A stretch of 64,000 nucleotides of DNA from a bacterium (lineage in GTDB: Bacteria > UBP18 > UBA7526): positions 2,384 to 66,383 of the forward strand of contig JAUWYL010000003.1 of NCBI GenBank assembly GCA_030615855.1. Reading direction: 5' to 3'. The notes below the pieces were generated by a model. It was given only the letters and a program-made list of their open reading frames with translations, searched no databases and was not told where the DNA came from. Each line of letters begins with the position of its first letter. Positions within the stretch are counted from its first letter, which is position 1. Shown here one piece after another: positions 38,696 to 49,000 of this stretch. Both the position numbers and the translations under genes were made by a program.

Positions 38696-40591
38696 TTACC
38701 ACTTAATATCTAATTGAACAAAGATTGTCTTCTTTGGCTCATCTGGCCTGGCGGTATAGTCTTCATTAGTGTAGTTCTTGCAGGTATATCTCACCCGCAA
38801 CTTGATATCCTTGGTGAACTTCTCCGTAGCCTGGAGATAGTATTCATTATACCTGGTGTGCCTATCGGTATGGATATCGGAGTCATAATACTTCATCCTT
38901 CCCTCTAATGTGAGGCCCTTGGGCTTAGGTAAGTCGTAGCGCACCTTGAAGTAGGCGGTCTGGTCCTCCTGAAATTTATTGGTATACTTGCTGGCATCCT
39001 TCTGGTAGAAGGTATAAGAAGTCTCTAACTTAAGCCTCTTGATGGGGCTATATTTGCATTTGAAGTTATCGGTAATCTTCTCTCCCTCACTGATTGAGCG
39101 TCCCCGGCCGTTCCTATCGATGTCGTTATTCCTCCACTTGCGGTAGTAACTCAGGGTGAGTTTCTTTATTGGGGAGTAGTCTATCTTTCCCTTCCATTCA
39201 TCATCGGTAACTAAGGTGGAGTGCTGCTTCCACTGCTTATAGTATCCCTGAACCTTCCATCTCCTGCTGAACTTATAATCTCCTTTTATACGGTACCCCT
39301 TCTCATCGGTATCCCTTCCAAAGGACTTACTATGGGGATTTTCAAAGTCGGTATCATAATCATAGTAGATGGTCTCTAATTTGAACCTCTCCAGTTCCGT
39401 GAGGGCCTTCAGAAGATAGGCATCCCCTCCATCCTTTCTCCGACCAAACTCAGCAAATAGATTGGTCCTCTTTATCTTGGTGGCGAAGTCCAACCCGGCC
39501 ACAGAGAAGGTCCTCTTATCCGGGAACCTTGTCCAGTAACTACTCTTATATTCAAAGGGAAAGTCCCGATCTATCTTGCTTTGATACCAGGTGGCACCTA
39601 AGTGGGTTTTTTTATCCCAGCGGAAGGTGACATTGGCTCCCTCTATCTCTTCCCTATAGACATCGGGCAGGGTCTTCGATCCCAGGTTGGTGCTTACTGA
39701 GGGTAGGTCATAGTCATCCTGGGAATAGAAGACTGTAGTATCCAGCCATCTCTTCCCTAAGGGGATCTTCTTCCACCTGAAGGCTGCTCCAAAGAGGCGG
39801 TCAGTAGTGGTATCGTTATAGTAGATCCCATGGGCTTTACTTCGACCGGTCTCATTGAAGACCAGTCCCTGTCCAAAGCCCACCCCATAGTCACCAGCGA
39901 TGGCACTCCATTGGGGTTCACTCATATAGATATACTTCCTTAAGAGGCGCACCTCAGTATCCTCATTCTTGATGATAGCAGTCGATCCGGTAGCGGTATA
40001 ACCATCCAATATCTCATCCCTCTCTCCCAGGAAGCCAAGATGCACCCGATCGTAGGCATGGAGGCGAAGCCTCTCGTACATATAGGGCCTCTCCCCATCT
40101 TTCTCGGTATTCTTAAATTTAAAGCGCGACTCCCCCTTCCAACCCCTCTCTTCCTTCTTCCTCTTCTTCTCTACCATAGCAAAGGGCTCTATCTGGTCGT
40201 AGATATCCTTAATCCCAGAGATCTTCTTCATATCTTCCATACTTTTAAATAGACCATATCTTTCGCGGTAGGCAATAATCCTATCTGCTAAGGTGTAGGT
40301 TACTTCTGGAAGGTTATAAAGTTCCTTTCTACTGGCGGTATTGAGGTCCACCGGGTTATTGAATAGGTCCCTCAAGAGTTCGTAGCCCTCATGACTAATA
40401 TCTCCATCCACATATTCTTCTTCGTCATAGTCCCATTCTCCAGCCAGGTCACGCAGGTCGTCCTCACTTCCTACCCCGGATAGATCGACAGCATAGTCAT
40501 AGGCCCAGAGGGGATAGGCGCCAAGTAAGAGAAGGCTGAATACTATTAAAATAGTGAGCTTCTTCCTGCAGTCCATATTATACTTCCTCAA
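38696..40591 (-). CDS. outer-membrane beta-barrel protein with N-terminal ComEA-type helix-hairpin-helix domain
   Basis: Signal peptide. HhH unit VDLNTASRKELYNLPEVTYTLADRIIAYRERYGLFKSMEDMKKISGIKDIYDQIEPF. About 450 aa of alternating beta-strand pattern ending in the aromatic residues ...VQLDIKW. Confidence 0.5.
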   Translation of the reverse strand: MRKYNMDCRKKLTILIVFSLLLLGAYPLWAYDYAVDLSGVGSEDDLRDLAGEWDYDEEEYVDGDISHEGYELLRDLFNNPVDLNTASRKELYNLPEVTYTLADRIIAYRERYGLFKSMEDMKKISGIKDIYDQIEPFAMVEKKRKKEERGWKGESRFKFKNTEKDGERPYMYERLRLHAYDRVHLGFLGERDEILDGYTATGSTAIIKNEDTEVRLLRKYIYMSEPQWSAIAGDYGVGFGQGLVFNETGRSKAHGIYYNDTTTDRLFGAAFRWKKIPLGKRWLDTTVFYSQDDYDLPSVSTNLGSKTLPDVYREEIEGANVTFRWDKKTHLGATWYQSKIDRDFPFEYKSSYWTRFPDKRTFSVAGLDFATKIKRTNLFAEFGRRKDGGDAYLLKALTELERFKLETIYYDYDTDFENPHSKSFGRDTDEKGYRIKGDYKFSRRWKVQGYYKQWKQHSTLVTDDEWKGKIDYSPIKKLTLSYYRKWRNNDIDRNGRGRSISEGEKITDNFKCKYSPIKRLKLETSYTFYQKDASKYTNKFQEDQTAYFKVRYDLPKPKGLTLEGRMKYYDSDIHTDRHTRYNEYYLQATEKFTKDIKLRVRYTCKNYTNEDYTARPDEPKKTIFVQLDIKW

Positions 40592-40620
40592 TTACGTTAA
40601 TCGGTTACGGTTACTTGTAT

Positions 40621-40735
40621 TAGGAGTGCGGATGAGTTGTGAGTAGTGGGTCGGGGATGAGTTATGAGGGTGAGGTAATAGAACTCAACCCCATCCCCAC
40701 AACTCGACACACAACCCATAACCCACCCTCAACCT
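40621..40735. repeat. second copy of the ~120-bp palindromic element family (see 31488..31606)
   Basis: gagtagtgggtcgggg ... cacaactcgacacacaacccataacccaccctca. Confidence 0.65.
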
Positions 40736-40751
40736 TTTAACCGGATAGCCT

Positions 40752-41207
40752 TTATTTTTCTTCCATTCTCTGGAGGGCACATCCCCCACCCACTCGTCTT
40801 TCTCTCGCCTCAATGAAGGGCTCTATTTGCTCATATATCTCTAAGGTTATTCCAGGAATCTTCTTTATCTCTTCCTTACTTTTAAAAAGTCCATACTTCT
40901 TGCGATATTCTATAATCCTATCTGCTAAGTTGTAGCCTATCTCAGGAAGGTTATAGAGCTCATCCCTATCTGCAGTATTGAGATTCACCTTATTATCAAA
41001 TAGGTCTTTCAAGGTTTCATATTCCTCGTTAGTAATCTCCCCATCGACATACTCCTCTGCATCATAGTCCCACTCTCCGGCCAGGTCACGTAAGTCGTCC
41101 TCACTGGTAACATCAGAGAGGTCAACCCCATAGTCATAGCCCAGGATGAGAGGAGCAAGGAATAGGAGACTAAAAATCATCAAAATAGTAATCTTTCTGT
41201 GATCCAT
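40752..41207 (-). CDS. small secreted ComEA-type HhH protein (paralogue of the N-terminus of 38696..40591)
   Basis: 151 aa. VNLNTADRDELYNLPEIGYNLADRIIEYRKKYGLFKSKEEIKKIPGITLEIYEQIEPF. Nucleotide-level similarity to the 5' end of the neighbouring gene indicates a partial tandem duplication. Confidence 0.5.
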   Translation of the reverse strand: MDHRKITILMIFSLLFLAPLILGYDYGVDLSDVTSEDDLRDLAGEWDYDAEEYVDGEITNEEYETLKDLFDNKVNLNTADRDELYNLPEIGYNLADRIIEYRKKYGLFKSKEEIKKIPGITLEIYEQIEPFIEARERRVGGGCALQRMEEK

Positions 41208-41246
41208 ATTACCCTACTTATATTCGCGACAATTCGTGTCTTGGCG

Positions 41247-42656
41247 TTACTCAATAGTAAAAGAACTTTTAAGAAAGCGGTAGGTCTCATCATCCATTCC
41301 CGGGACATCCTTCACTTCCCTCATACCCTTGAATGGACCATGGCTCTCTCTATAATCGATAATAGAACGAGCCATCCCCGGCCCAATGGCCGGCATGGCG
41401 GATAACTCCTGAAAGGTAACGGTATTGATATCCATCTTTTCTACAGTGATGAGATCTTTAAGTTTCTCATAAGTCTTAGATCCGATACGGGGGACATTCT
41501 GGATCTCAATGATACTTCTAAACGGACGATATTCGATGATGCGCCTCGCAGTCTTGGGTCCGATGCCTGGGAGGTTCTCCAACTCTTTCTGAGAAGCGAT
41601 GTTAATATTTACCTTTCGGGACACCCTCTTCCTCACCTCTGGCCTTTCTCCCGGAGGAACCTCACCAACAGTAATCAAGGGCCTCAGATTCTCCAAGGTC
41701 TTTGGCCCGATCCCCCTGGCCTTGGTCAATTCATCGATAGAGGCATAGGGTCGGGCATCTATGATGGCCCGGGCTTTCACCGGTCCAATCCCGGGAAGGG
41801 TCTGAATCTCTGAAGGAGAGGCGGTGTTGATATCAATCCTTGCTCTAACTGGAGGTGCTCTTTTTACAACCGGGACCTCCTTCTCGAGAGGGGCCTCGGG
41901 GGCTGGCTCTGCAACCTCACCAACAGTAACCAGGGGTCTCAACCTCTCCAGGGTCTTTGGTCCGATCCCTCTGACCCTGATCAGTCCATCAATGGTAGCA
42001 TAGGGACGGGCATCTATGATGGCCCGGGCTTTCACCGGACCGATCCCGGGAAGGGTCTGAATCTGAGAGGCGCTTGCCGTATTGATATTGACCAAATAAG
42101 AAGGCGCGGTATTCCTCTCTGGTCTGACTTCTTCCTTCTTCGCCAAACTCTCCCGAGCAAAATTTACCTCTTTCTGGGGTAATATCCGCATCTGAGGAAC
42201 CCTTACCACTTCTCCAGGATAGATGAGATCCGGGTTCTTGATCCTGTTATATAAAGCCAGATTAGGAAAGGCTGAAGCTATCCCCAGATACCTTTTAGCA
42301 ATCTTACTCAAGGTATCACCTTCCCTAACATAATGGGTTATTATTTCAATCCCCACTCCCGGAACCTGGAATGTTGCCTTTTCTAACTCAGGCTCCCTCT
42401 CCGGTCCAACAGTAACCAGGGGTCTTAACCTCTCCAGGGTCTTTGGTCCGATCCCTCTGACCCTGATCAGTTCATCAATGGTAGCATAGGGACGGGTATC
42501 TATGATGGCCTGGGCCTTTACCGGACCGATCCCGGGAAGGGTCTGAATCTGAGAGGCGCTTGCCGTATTGATATCTATTTTCTCCTGACCCAGCCCGGTC
42601 TGGGTCACAATAAGCAAAAGAAGGAAAATTAAAAGAACCAAGCCCTTTCTCATCAT
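41247..42656 (-). CDS. secreted protein with five tandem ComEA-type HhH DNA-binding domains and one LysM domain
   Basis: Five units of INTASxxQIQTLPGIGPVKAxAIIDxRPYATIDELIRVRGIGPKTLERLRPLVTVG. LysM: YVREGDTLSKIAKRYLGIASAFPNLALYNRIKNPDLIYPGEVVRVP. Units 1 and 2 are near-identical at the DNA level. Confidence 0.7.
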   Translation of the reverse strand: MMRKGLVLLIFLLLLIVTQTGLGQEKIDINTASASQIQTLPGIGPVKAQAIIDTRPYATIDELIRVRGIGPKTLERLRPLVTVGPEREPELEKATFQVPGVGIEIITHYVREGDTLSKIAKRYLGIASAFPNLALYNRIKNPDLIYPGEVVRVPQMRILPQKEVNFARESLAKKEEVRPERNTAPSYLVNINTASASQIQTLPGIGPVKARAIIDARPYATIDGLIRVRGIGPKTLERLRPLVTVGEVAEPAPEAPLEKEVPVVKRAPPVRARIDINTASPSEIQTLPGIGPVKARAIIDARPYASIDELTKARGIGPKTLENLRPLITVGEVPPGERPEVRKRVSRKVNINIASQKELENLPGIGPKTARRIIEYRPFRSIIEIQNVPRIGSKTYEKLKDLITVEKMDINTVTFQELSAMPAIGPGMARSIIDYRESHGPFKGMREVKDVPGMDDETYRFLKSSFTIE

Positions 42657-42699
42657 TCTCTCCTACGGCTTCCATATGACACGAATCTTTATTATGAGG

Positions 42700-42860
42700 G
42701 CGCGCTTCGCTTGCCCCCTCTACTAAGGAAGCCCGAATAACAAGGTTCTCGAGCGTTAGCGAGAGGCTTCCTTATTATGAGGGCGCGCTTCGCTTGCCCC
42801 CTCTACTAAGGAAGCCCGAATAACAAGGTTCTTCCCGCTTCATCGGGAAGGCATCCTTAT
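42700..42860. repeat. tandem duplication of a 78-bp unit carrying the aacaaggttct interspersed-repeat motif
   Basis: ttattatgagggcgcgcttcgcttgccccctctactaaggaagcccgaataacaaggttct occurs twice in tandem. Confidence 0.75.
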
Positions 42861-43085
42861 TTCCTGACCAGGATAGATACGATCCGGGTCTTTGATATTA
42901 TTTTCCTTGGCTAACTCTTTATATTTACTGGCATCACCAAGATAACGTTCTGCAATTTTGGCCAAGGTATCTCCCTTCTTTACCACGTGGACTATCTCTT
43001 CAACCACTGGCTTGAGAACTTCTTCTACTTTCGGAGGAGCTACTTCTTCAGGAACAACCTCTGGTGCCGGAGGCTTTTCTTTTTT

Positions 43086-45020
43086 TCAAGGAGTCTCTTC
43101 GGGAGGGAGAATAAGAATCTCTGTCCCCGGTGGTTCCTCTTCTGGCTCCTCAACCTTCTCAGGCTCTATGGTAATTAGATCCTTCAGAACCTCATATCTC
43201 TTGGCCCCGATGCCCGGGACGCTCCGTAGATCTTCAATCCTTTCATAGGGACGGTGGGCGATGATGGCCAAGGCCTTTACTGGACCGATCCCGGGAAGGG
43301 TCTCCAATTGAGTCCGAGAAGCGGTATTGATATTGATTTTCTCTACGACCCTCTCTGGTTTGACTGGAACCTCGACCTCTTCCTCAGGGATGGACACCTC
43401 TTCCTCTATTTCTATAATCTGGATATCTGAGAGATCCTTCGGTCTTATCTCCAATTCATTAGCATAAGAACCGATCTGACCACTGACTTGAATACTCGTT
43501 CCTTGAACCAGGCTTTCCCTCTCTGGTATGCTCTCATATAGGTCCTTCCAGATAACGACATTTATGGAGCCTGTTCCATCGTCTATCTTTAATGTTCTAC
43601 CCTTCTCCTCTTTGAAGACCCTGACAGATATTATCTTCCCTTTAATGGTCACCCTTTGACCGATGGAGGCCTCGGTTATCTTACCGATAGGAACCAGTTC
43701 CGTCTCCAGAATCTGGATGTCTGAGGGTTTCTTCAGTTTTATCTCGAATTTATCCTTGTAAGATGCGACTCGACCACTGACCTGAATAGGCATTCCTTGA
43801 ACCAGGCTTTGTCTATAGAGTAGGCTCTCGTATAGTTCCTTCCAGATAAGGACATCTATGGAGCCTGTCCCATCGTTTAGCTCTAAAGTACGACCTTTCT
43901 CCTTTTTAAAGATCCTGACAGACATTATTTTTCCTTTAAGGGTTACCTTCTGACCGATGGAGGCCTCAGTTATGCTGCTGATGGGAACCACTTTTTCCTC
44001 AGGAACAGGTACCACTTCTGGCTTCTCAATCTCTTCTGGCTTCTCAACAGGGACTTCTTTAACCGGAACCTCTTCAACTGGGACTTCTTTAACAGGAACC
44101 TCTTCCACAGGAACTTCCTCAATCTCCACTATAGGAGGCTTTTCTTCCTTCCTTTTCTTTGGGCCCCCGAAACGAAAGGTCAGAGTGCCCAGATGGGTCT
44201 CATCGAGGTTATGGTGGGGAAGATAAGCATAATCAAAGGAGAGGAATCTATTCCTCAATCCCCATCCTACCATCCATCTGCCGGGATTATTAGCCACCCC
44301 GGAGCGAAGGAAGAGATACTTCAGCCAGTGGTATTCCAGGCCTAATCTGAACTCGTCATCCTCCTCTTTCTCCTGCTTCTCATAGTGATAATCTACTGCC
44401 AGGATTAAGTCGGGGTCTGGTCGATAGGCGATCCCTCCCGCATACCTCTGGGGGAGGTCGTCACCGATATGGGGGGTATTAACGTTACCTCCGAATAAGC
44501 CAAGGCTCAACTTCCCGTCCAGGAGTTTATATAAGAGTCCTAAGTCCCCTCCATAATCGAACTCCTTACCTACAGTCTCGATCTCGAGACGGAGGTACTT
44601 GGCATTTCCCCCAAGATAGATATCCTGTTTCTCAAAGGTGAACTTCCTTCCATAGGAGAAGATATAGGCATCTTCTCTTAACTTCCTGTGGCCATAATTA
44701 GTCGTGGCCAATCCAATGGTACCCAGCCTCCCCATAGGCAGAGCGAGATTTCCTAACTTATACTCTAAGTCCTTCTCCCCATAGAGCATGGTATAGCTTC
44801 CAGATAATTCTATCATTTTCAATTGTCCCAGACCCGCCGGATTGAAGTAGATGGCACTTGAATCATCTGCCACAGCAGTAAAAGCCCCTCCCATACCCCA
44901 GGCACGGGCAGAAGAGGGCCTCTCCTCAAATATAGCCCAAGCCGAGACAGTGAACAGTGAACAGTGAACAGTGAACAGTGATAAAAAAAATAAAATAAAA
45001 AATAATCGCTTAACCTTCAT
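43086..45020 (-). CDS. modular outer-membrane / surface protein: FadL-OmpP1-like N-domain, VPVEEVPVKE repeat linker, two OB-fold domains, C-terminal ComEA-type HhH
   Basis: N-terminal WGMGGAFTAVADDSSAIYFNPAGL. Linker (VPVEEVPVKE)n. Two ~90-aa OB units (ITEASIGQKVTLKGKIMSVRIFKKEKGRTLELNDGTGSIDVLIW...). C-terminal ININTASRTQLETLPGIGPVKALAIIAHRPYERIEDLRSVPGIGAKRYEVLKDL. Confidence 0.6.
   Translation of the reverse strand: MKVKRLFFILFFLSLFTVHCSLFTVSAWAIFEERPSSARAWGMGGAFTAVADDSSAIYFNPAGLGQLKMIELSGSYTMLYGEKDLEYKLGNLALPMGRLGTIGLATTNYGHRKLREDAYIFSYGRKFTFEKQDIYLGGNAKYLRLEIETVGKEFDYGGDLGLLYKLLDGKLSLGLFGGNVNTPHIGDDLPQRYAGGIAYRPDPDLILAVDYHYEKQEKEEDDEFRLGLEYHWLKYLFLRSGVANNPGRWMVGWGLRNRFLSFDYAYLPHHNLDETHLGTLTFRFGGPKKRKEEKPPIVEIEEVPVEEVPVKEVPVEEVPVKEVPVEKPEEIEKPEVVPVPEEKVVPISSITEASIGQKVTLKGKIMSVRIFKKEKGRTLELNDGTGSIDVLIWKELYESLLYRQSLVQGMPIQVSGRVASYKDKFEIKLKKPSDIQILETELVPIGKITEASIGQRVTIKGKIISVRVFKEEKGRTLKIDDGTGSINVVIWKDLYESIPERESLVQGTSIQVSGQIGSYANELEIRPKDLSDIQIIEIEEEVSIPEEEVEVPVKPERVVEKININTASRTQLETLPGIGPVKALAIIAHRPYERIEDLRSVPGIGAKRYEVLKDLITIEPEKVEEPEEEPPGTEILILPPEETP
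44944..44985. repeat. tandem cagtgaa(ca) repeat inside the signal-peptide coding region (encodes FTVHCSLFTV)
   Basis: gtgaacagtgaacagtgaacagtgaacagtg. The same k-mer family forms intergenic tandem repeats at 1533-1561 and 10423-10448. Confidence 0.7.
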
Positions 45021-45085
45021 CTATTCATCTTTCCCTTATCTGTGATCTGTGTCCATCTGTAATAAATCTGTGCCAATCTGTGTTC

Positions 45086-45949
45086 TCAAAAGGCGAGGCC
45101 AAAGCCCAACCGATGGACTCCTTTCTCCGTTGCCCGGCGATACTGATAGGCATAATCTATCTTATAGTCTATTCCTCTCCTTGTTATGATCTTTATTCCC
45201 AATCCTCCTGTGGGATCATCGTGATAGCCTCCAGCCCGAAAGGCAAAGTACCTGCTTAGCCACCACTCCATACCAAAGGAATGCTCAAGTCCTACGAAGT
45301 TTTCTAAGTCATAGATATCGTAGGCGATGAGGATCTTCTTATGGGGTCGAAAGGCAATTCCTGGTCGCACATTCATCCTCCTCAATACCCCAAAGACTTT
45401 AGGCTCATTCACATCCTGAGCTAAGAGACCAGCGCTGAACCATCTTATCGGTCTATAGTGAAGGCCGAGGTCTAAGGAGAGATCATCTTCCGTCTCTTCA
45501 GAGACTCCGCTTGTCTTATGCCGGGCATCAATAAACTGGCCTCCCGCACCTATGGAGAACCCCCTGAAGATTTCCTTTCCCCAGGAAGCACCATACTGGT
45601 TTTCCGGCTCAGACCACCCTCTGCCTCTATAGCCGGCATTCAAGAAGTATAATCCCCAGGCACCATACCTCCTATCCGGCTCAGCATAGATTACCGTATC
45701 ATCATAATCTATCCTGTCCCTTTCTGCGTTATTCACAAGAGAACTAATCGAAAAGTCCCTCTTTTCTAATTGTGATAATCCCGCTGGGTTATAGTAGACA
45801 GCATTCGCATCATCTGCTACAGCAACCGCTGCCCCACCCATGCCCATCTGCCGGGTACCAACCTCAGCATAACTAACCGCAGTGAACAGTGAACAGTGAA
45901 CAGTGAACAGTGAAAGGACCAAGAGTAAAAATTTAAATATGTTCTTCAT
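45086..45949 (-). CDS. outer-membrane beta-barrel protein, FadL/OmpP1-like (paralogue of the N-domain of 43086..45020)
   Basis: 287 aa. MGMGGAAVAVADDANAVYYNPAGL. Ends in aromatic-rich RLGFGLAF. Same repeat-encoded signal peptide LSLFTVHCSLFT. Confidence 0.55.
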   Translation of the reverse strand: MKNIFKFLLLVLSLFTVHCSLFTAVSYAEVGTRQMGMGGAAVAVADDANAVYYNPAGLSQLEKRDFSISSLVNNAERDRIDYDDTVIYAEPDRRYGAWGLYFLNAGYRGRGWSEPENQYGASWGKEIFRGFSIGAGGQFIDARHKTSGVSEETEDDLSLDLGLHYRPIRWFSAGLLAQDVNEPKVFGVLRRMNVRPGIAFRPHKKILIAYDIYDLENFVGLEHSFGMEWWLSRYFAFRAGGYHDDPTGGLGIKIITRRGIDYKIDYAYQYRRATEKGVHRLGFGLAF

Positions 45950-46021
45950 CTCTTCTCTTTTCCATAAAATCTCTTGCGTTAATAAGTCCCTTTTTGCCTT
46001 GTCTTTCTTTGCCTTATTCTC

Positions 46022-49000
46022 TTATTTTCGTATTAACTTATTCGCTCCCCAAACCAATGGCTTCAATCCTGCTCTAACTACTGCCTTGAGTGGTTCTTTA
46101 TCTCGGATGAAGTCCGCAATCGGTGGCGAAATTTTACAGTAAGTAAGAACAAATGCCCGACCTAAGGGATTAGTGAGCAGATGCTGGTCTCGGAACTGCC
46201 GCAAAGCCATTATTTCAGGAGGACAGTTTAAAAAGTTGGTTAGTTGGTTAGTTTTATCCGTGCTAATCCGTGATTTTAATCCGTGCCTATCCGTGCAACT
46301 GCTGTAAGCAGCAGTAGCAATAAAGCATCCTCCACTCCCTCCACCACTCAGAGACTTGCCCACTGTGACCGTAGTCGTTGCCTCAGTGCTCGAGTTTCCA
46401 TCTTCAGCAATGGCCTTGATATAAATGGTGTAGTAACCTATAGGAACAGAGTCGCCAGAACTGTTCTTCCCATCCCATTTTGTAGAGAAACTATCTGCAA
46501 TATAATACTTATCTTCCCCTAAGGTTTTTACCACCCTTCCCCTTCCATCGAGGGCCTGAATGGTGACCTCAGACTCCTTATTAAGAGTGAAGGAGATCTT
46601 GGTATGTCTCCGATTGAGGTCGCTTCCATCCGATAGGAAGGGATCTTCAGAGACTCCTAAACCCCTGATTCCCACTCCAGAAGGCATATCCGCATTATTT
46701 ACCTTCCCTCTGGTAGGAGAGGAACAGACGCTCCAGTCACTATTTGCATTGGTATCACTTGAATCAGCGTCACGGGCGATGGAGTCATTAGCATCGACTG
46801 TAGTGCTATTAAAACAGTCAGATTCTGCCAGAGAAGCCCCAGCAATCTTCCATTGTTCAGGATCAGCATCTACTAATGCTTGGACATCTGCTTCCTCACC
46901 AGAACCCCACGTCCCACTTTGATCTGCCCAGCAAACAGCATCCTCAATATTCCCCAATCCATCCTTGAAGATTACCTGTTCATCTGTAGAGGTCAACCCA
47001 GTATCATGGGCCCAGATATTGATGATTCCATCCGAACCAGCAGTGAGTTCATCCATCCAGTAACTCATCCCATTAGTAAAGATCTCAATATTTCCCCTTC
47101 CTGTAGGAGCCCCGGTCCGTGAACCAGTTCCTGTGCAGTAGTAGGGAATACTTTTAGCCGACAGACGATCCAAACATTCAGTAGTCGGATGGTTATAGGG
47201 GTTGGAGCCGGTAGAGATGACGGCCTTATCCGGATAGACATAGGTGAGGAAGTTACTTGAGGTGGCATATCTAGCGCCATGATGGCCTACTTTTAAGATA
47301 TCGCTCGTTAATCCTATCCCATACTTACTGATCAGGTTCTCCTCCACCTCGAATCGGGGATCATTATCATGGCAGGCAGAGGATTCCGCATCACCAGTGA
47401 GCATAAAGGAGACATTCCCGTAGGTAAGGTAAATAACAATGGAACTATTATTCTTATAATCGGTTCCTTCCTCTTCAGTTGCTCCTGGCCAAGGACTGGT
47501 AGCATGGGCATTGAGCACCTTGGCAGTAATGTTATAGTCTTCATCCCAGGTATAGGTCTGGCCAACGGTGGGAACGATACCCGGAATATCATTGACATCT
47601 GAGATGGTTGGGTAACCCAACTCATTCTTTACCGCGGTAACAAAGGCATCGGTATAATAACTCTCTGGCTGGCCAGAGAGCCAGATGGCCTCTACTGTCT
47701 TATTATTTAAAACATCTGTCAGGTCACCATAATGGTCGCTATCCGCATGGGTAGCGACCATACGATGGACAGTAGTAGAGACACCCACTTTATCAAGATA
47801 GGAATCAACGATTTCCTTATTTGGGTTTCCTCCATCGATTAAGATATTTTCTCCTCCCGGAGTCTGAACAAGAATGGAGTCCCCTTGTCCTACATCAATG
47901 AAGGTGACGGTCATGCAGCCTGAGGCTGGCTGGAGGACTAAATATTCCCCGGTCTTTATTGTTGTTCCCTTGGCGATGGTCTTTATTGTTCCATCATCTT
48001 CAAAGTAGCATTCCCCGATATCTACTCCGCTTCCATCGCTGGTTCCATCAGCCTCACAATATAACTCTACCCAGTCCTTGCTGCCTGAAGCATTAAACGA
48101 TACCTCATTTATCTTAATGCTTACATCCAATTCTAAGGAAGAGGGGTTCTTCTTTCCCTTGGTAGGGGTAGTAATAAGATTCCAATCGCTCTCCTTATGG
48201 GTATCCGTTGCTCCAGAAGCATTATCTCTTCCTAAAGACTTTCCCTTTGCCCCACTCGTCCAGTTGGCAGACTGGCCTTCCTGAGTCTCATTACTGTAGG
48301 TATCCTCATCCCCGGCATCGCCAATCCATTGACGGGGACTGAGACTATCATCCGCTATCCTGTTGAAGGCCGTACGCTGGGTGCCTGCCCAGGTGCCATC
48401 CCTCTTGGCCAATGATACAGCATCGATGATGTTTCCCGAAGGATCCTCAAGGATAATGACATTATCCGTTCCGGTAAGACCAGAATCCGTGGAATAGAAG
48501 TCACGATAGCCATTCCCATTGGTATCGCTATCCACCTCATCCGCAGTAGGGTCCTCCGGGTCATCCCTGAGACGAAGGACGATATACTCATCATCAGACA
48601 TAGTATAATCTGGAAAGGTCTTGATATAGGCGCTTCTTTCCAAGACTCTCCAGGAACCGATATTCTGGGTTGTTCCCGAGACATTATGGAACTCAATCCA
48701 CTCTGGGGTATCCTTGGTAGCAATCTCATTAATCAATATACTGCCTGGGTCTCCCTCATCTGGAGCAGTAGTATTTGTTGCTTTCGGTGACCCTCTTTCT
48801 GTGGCCCCGGCATCCCAGTTAGTAGTTCCTTCTTCATTGGCAGTATACCAGTTCTTGGCCTGCGTACCATCCCCGGGGGTGCTGCGACGCTCCATAGAAT
48901 ATTTCTTATCATTGTCACCTGCTAAAGGTGTTGAACTATCACCAGCGGTATCATAAAGGATATCGCCATCCGTGTAGAGTTTTATCTGAAGAGTGCTATT

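Noticed and set aside
42958-43248. Plus-strand ORFs in the 42.7-43.2 kb region
   Set aside because: They fall in the tandem 78-bp repeat and the 3' end of the 644-aa gene. Repeat-driven open frames without coding features.
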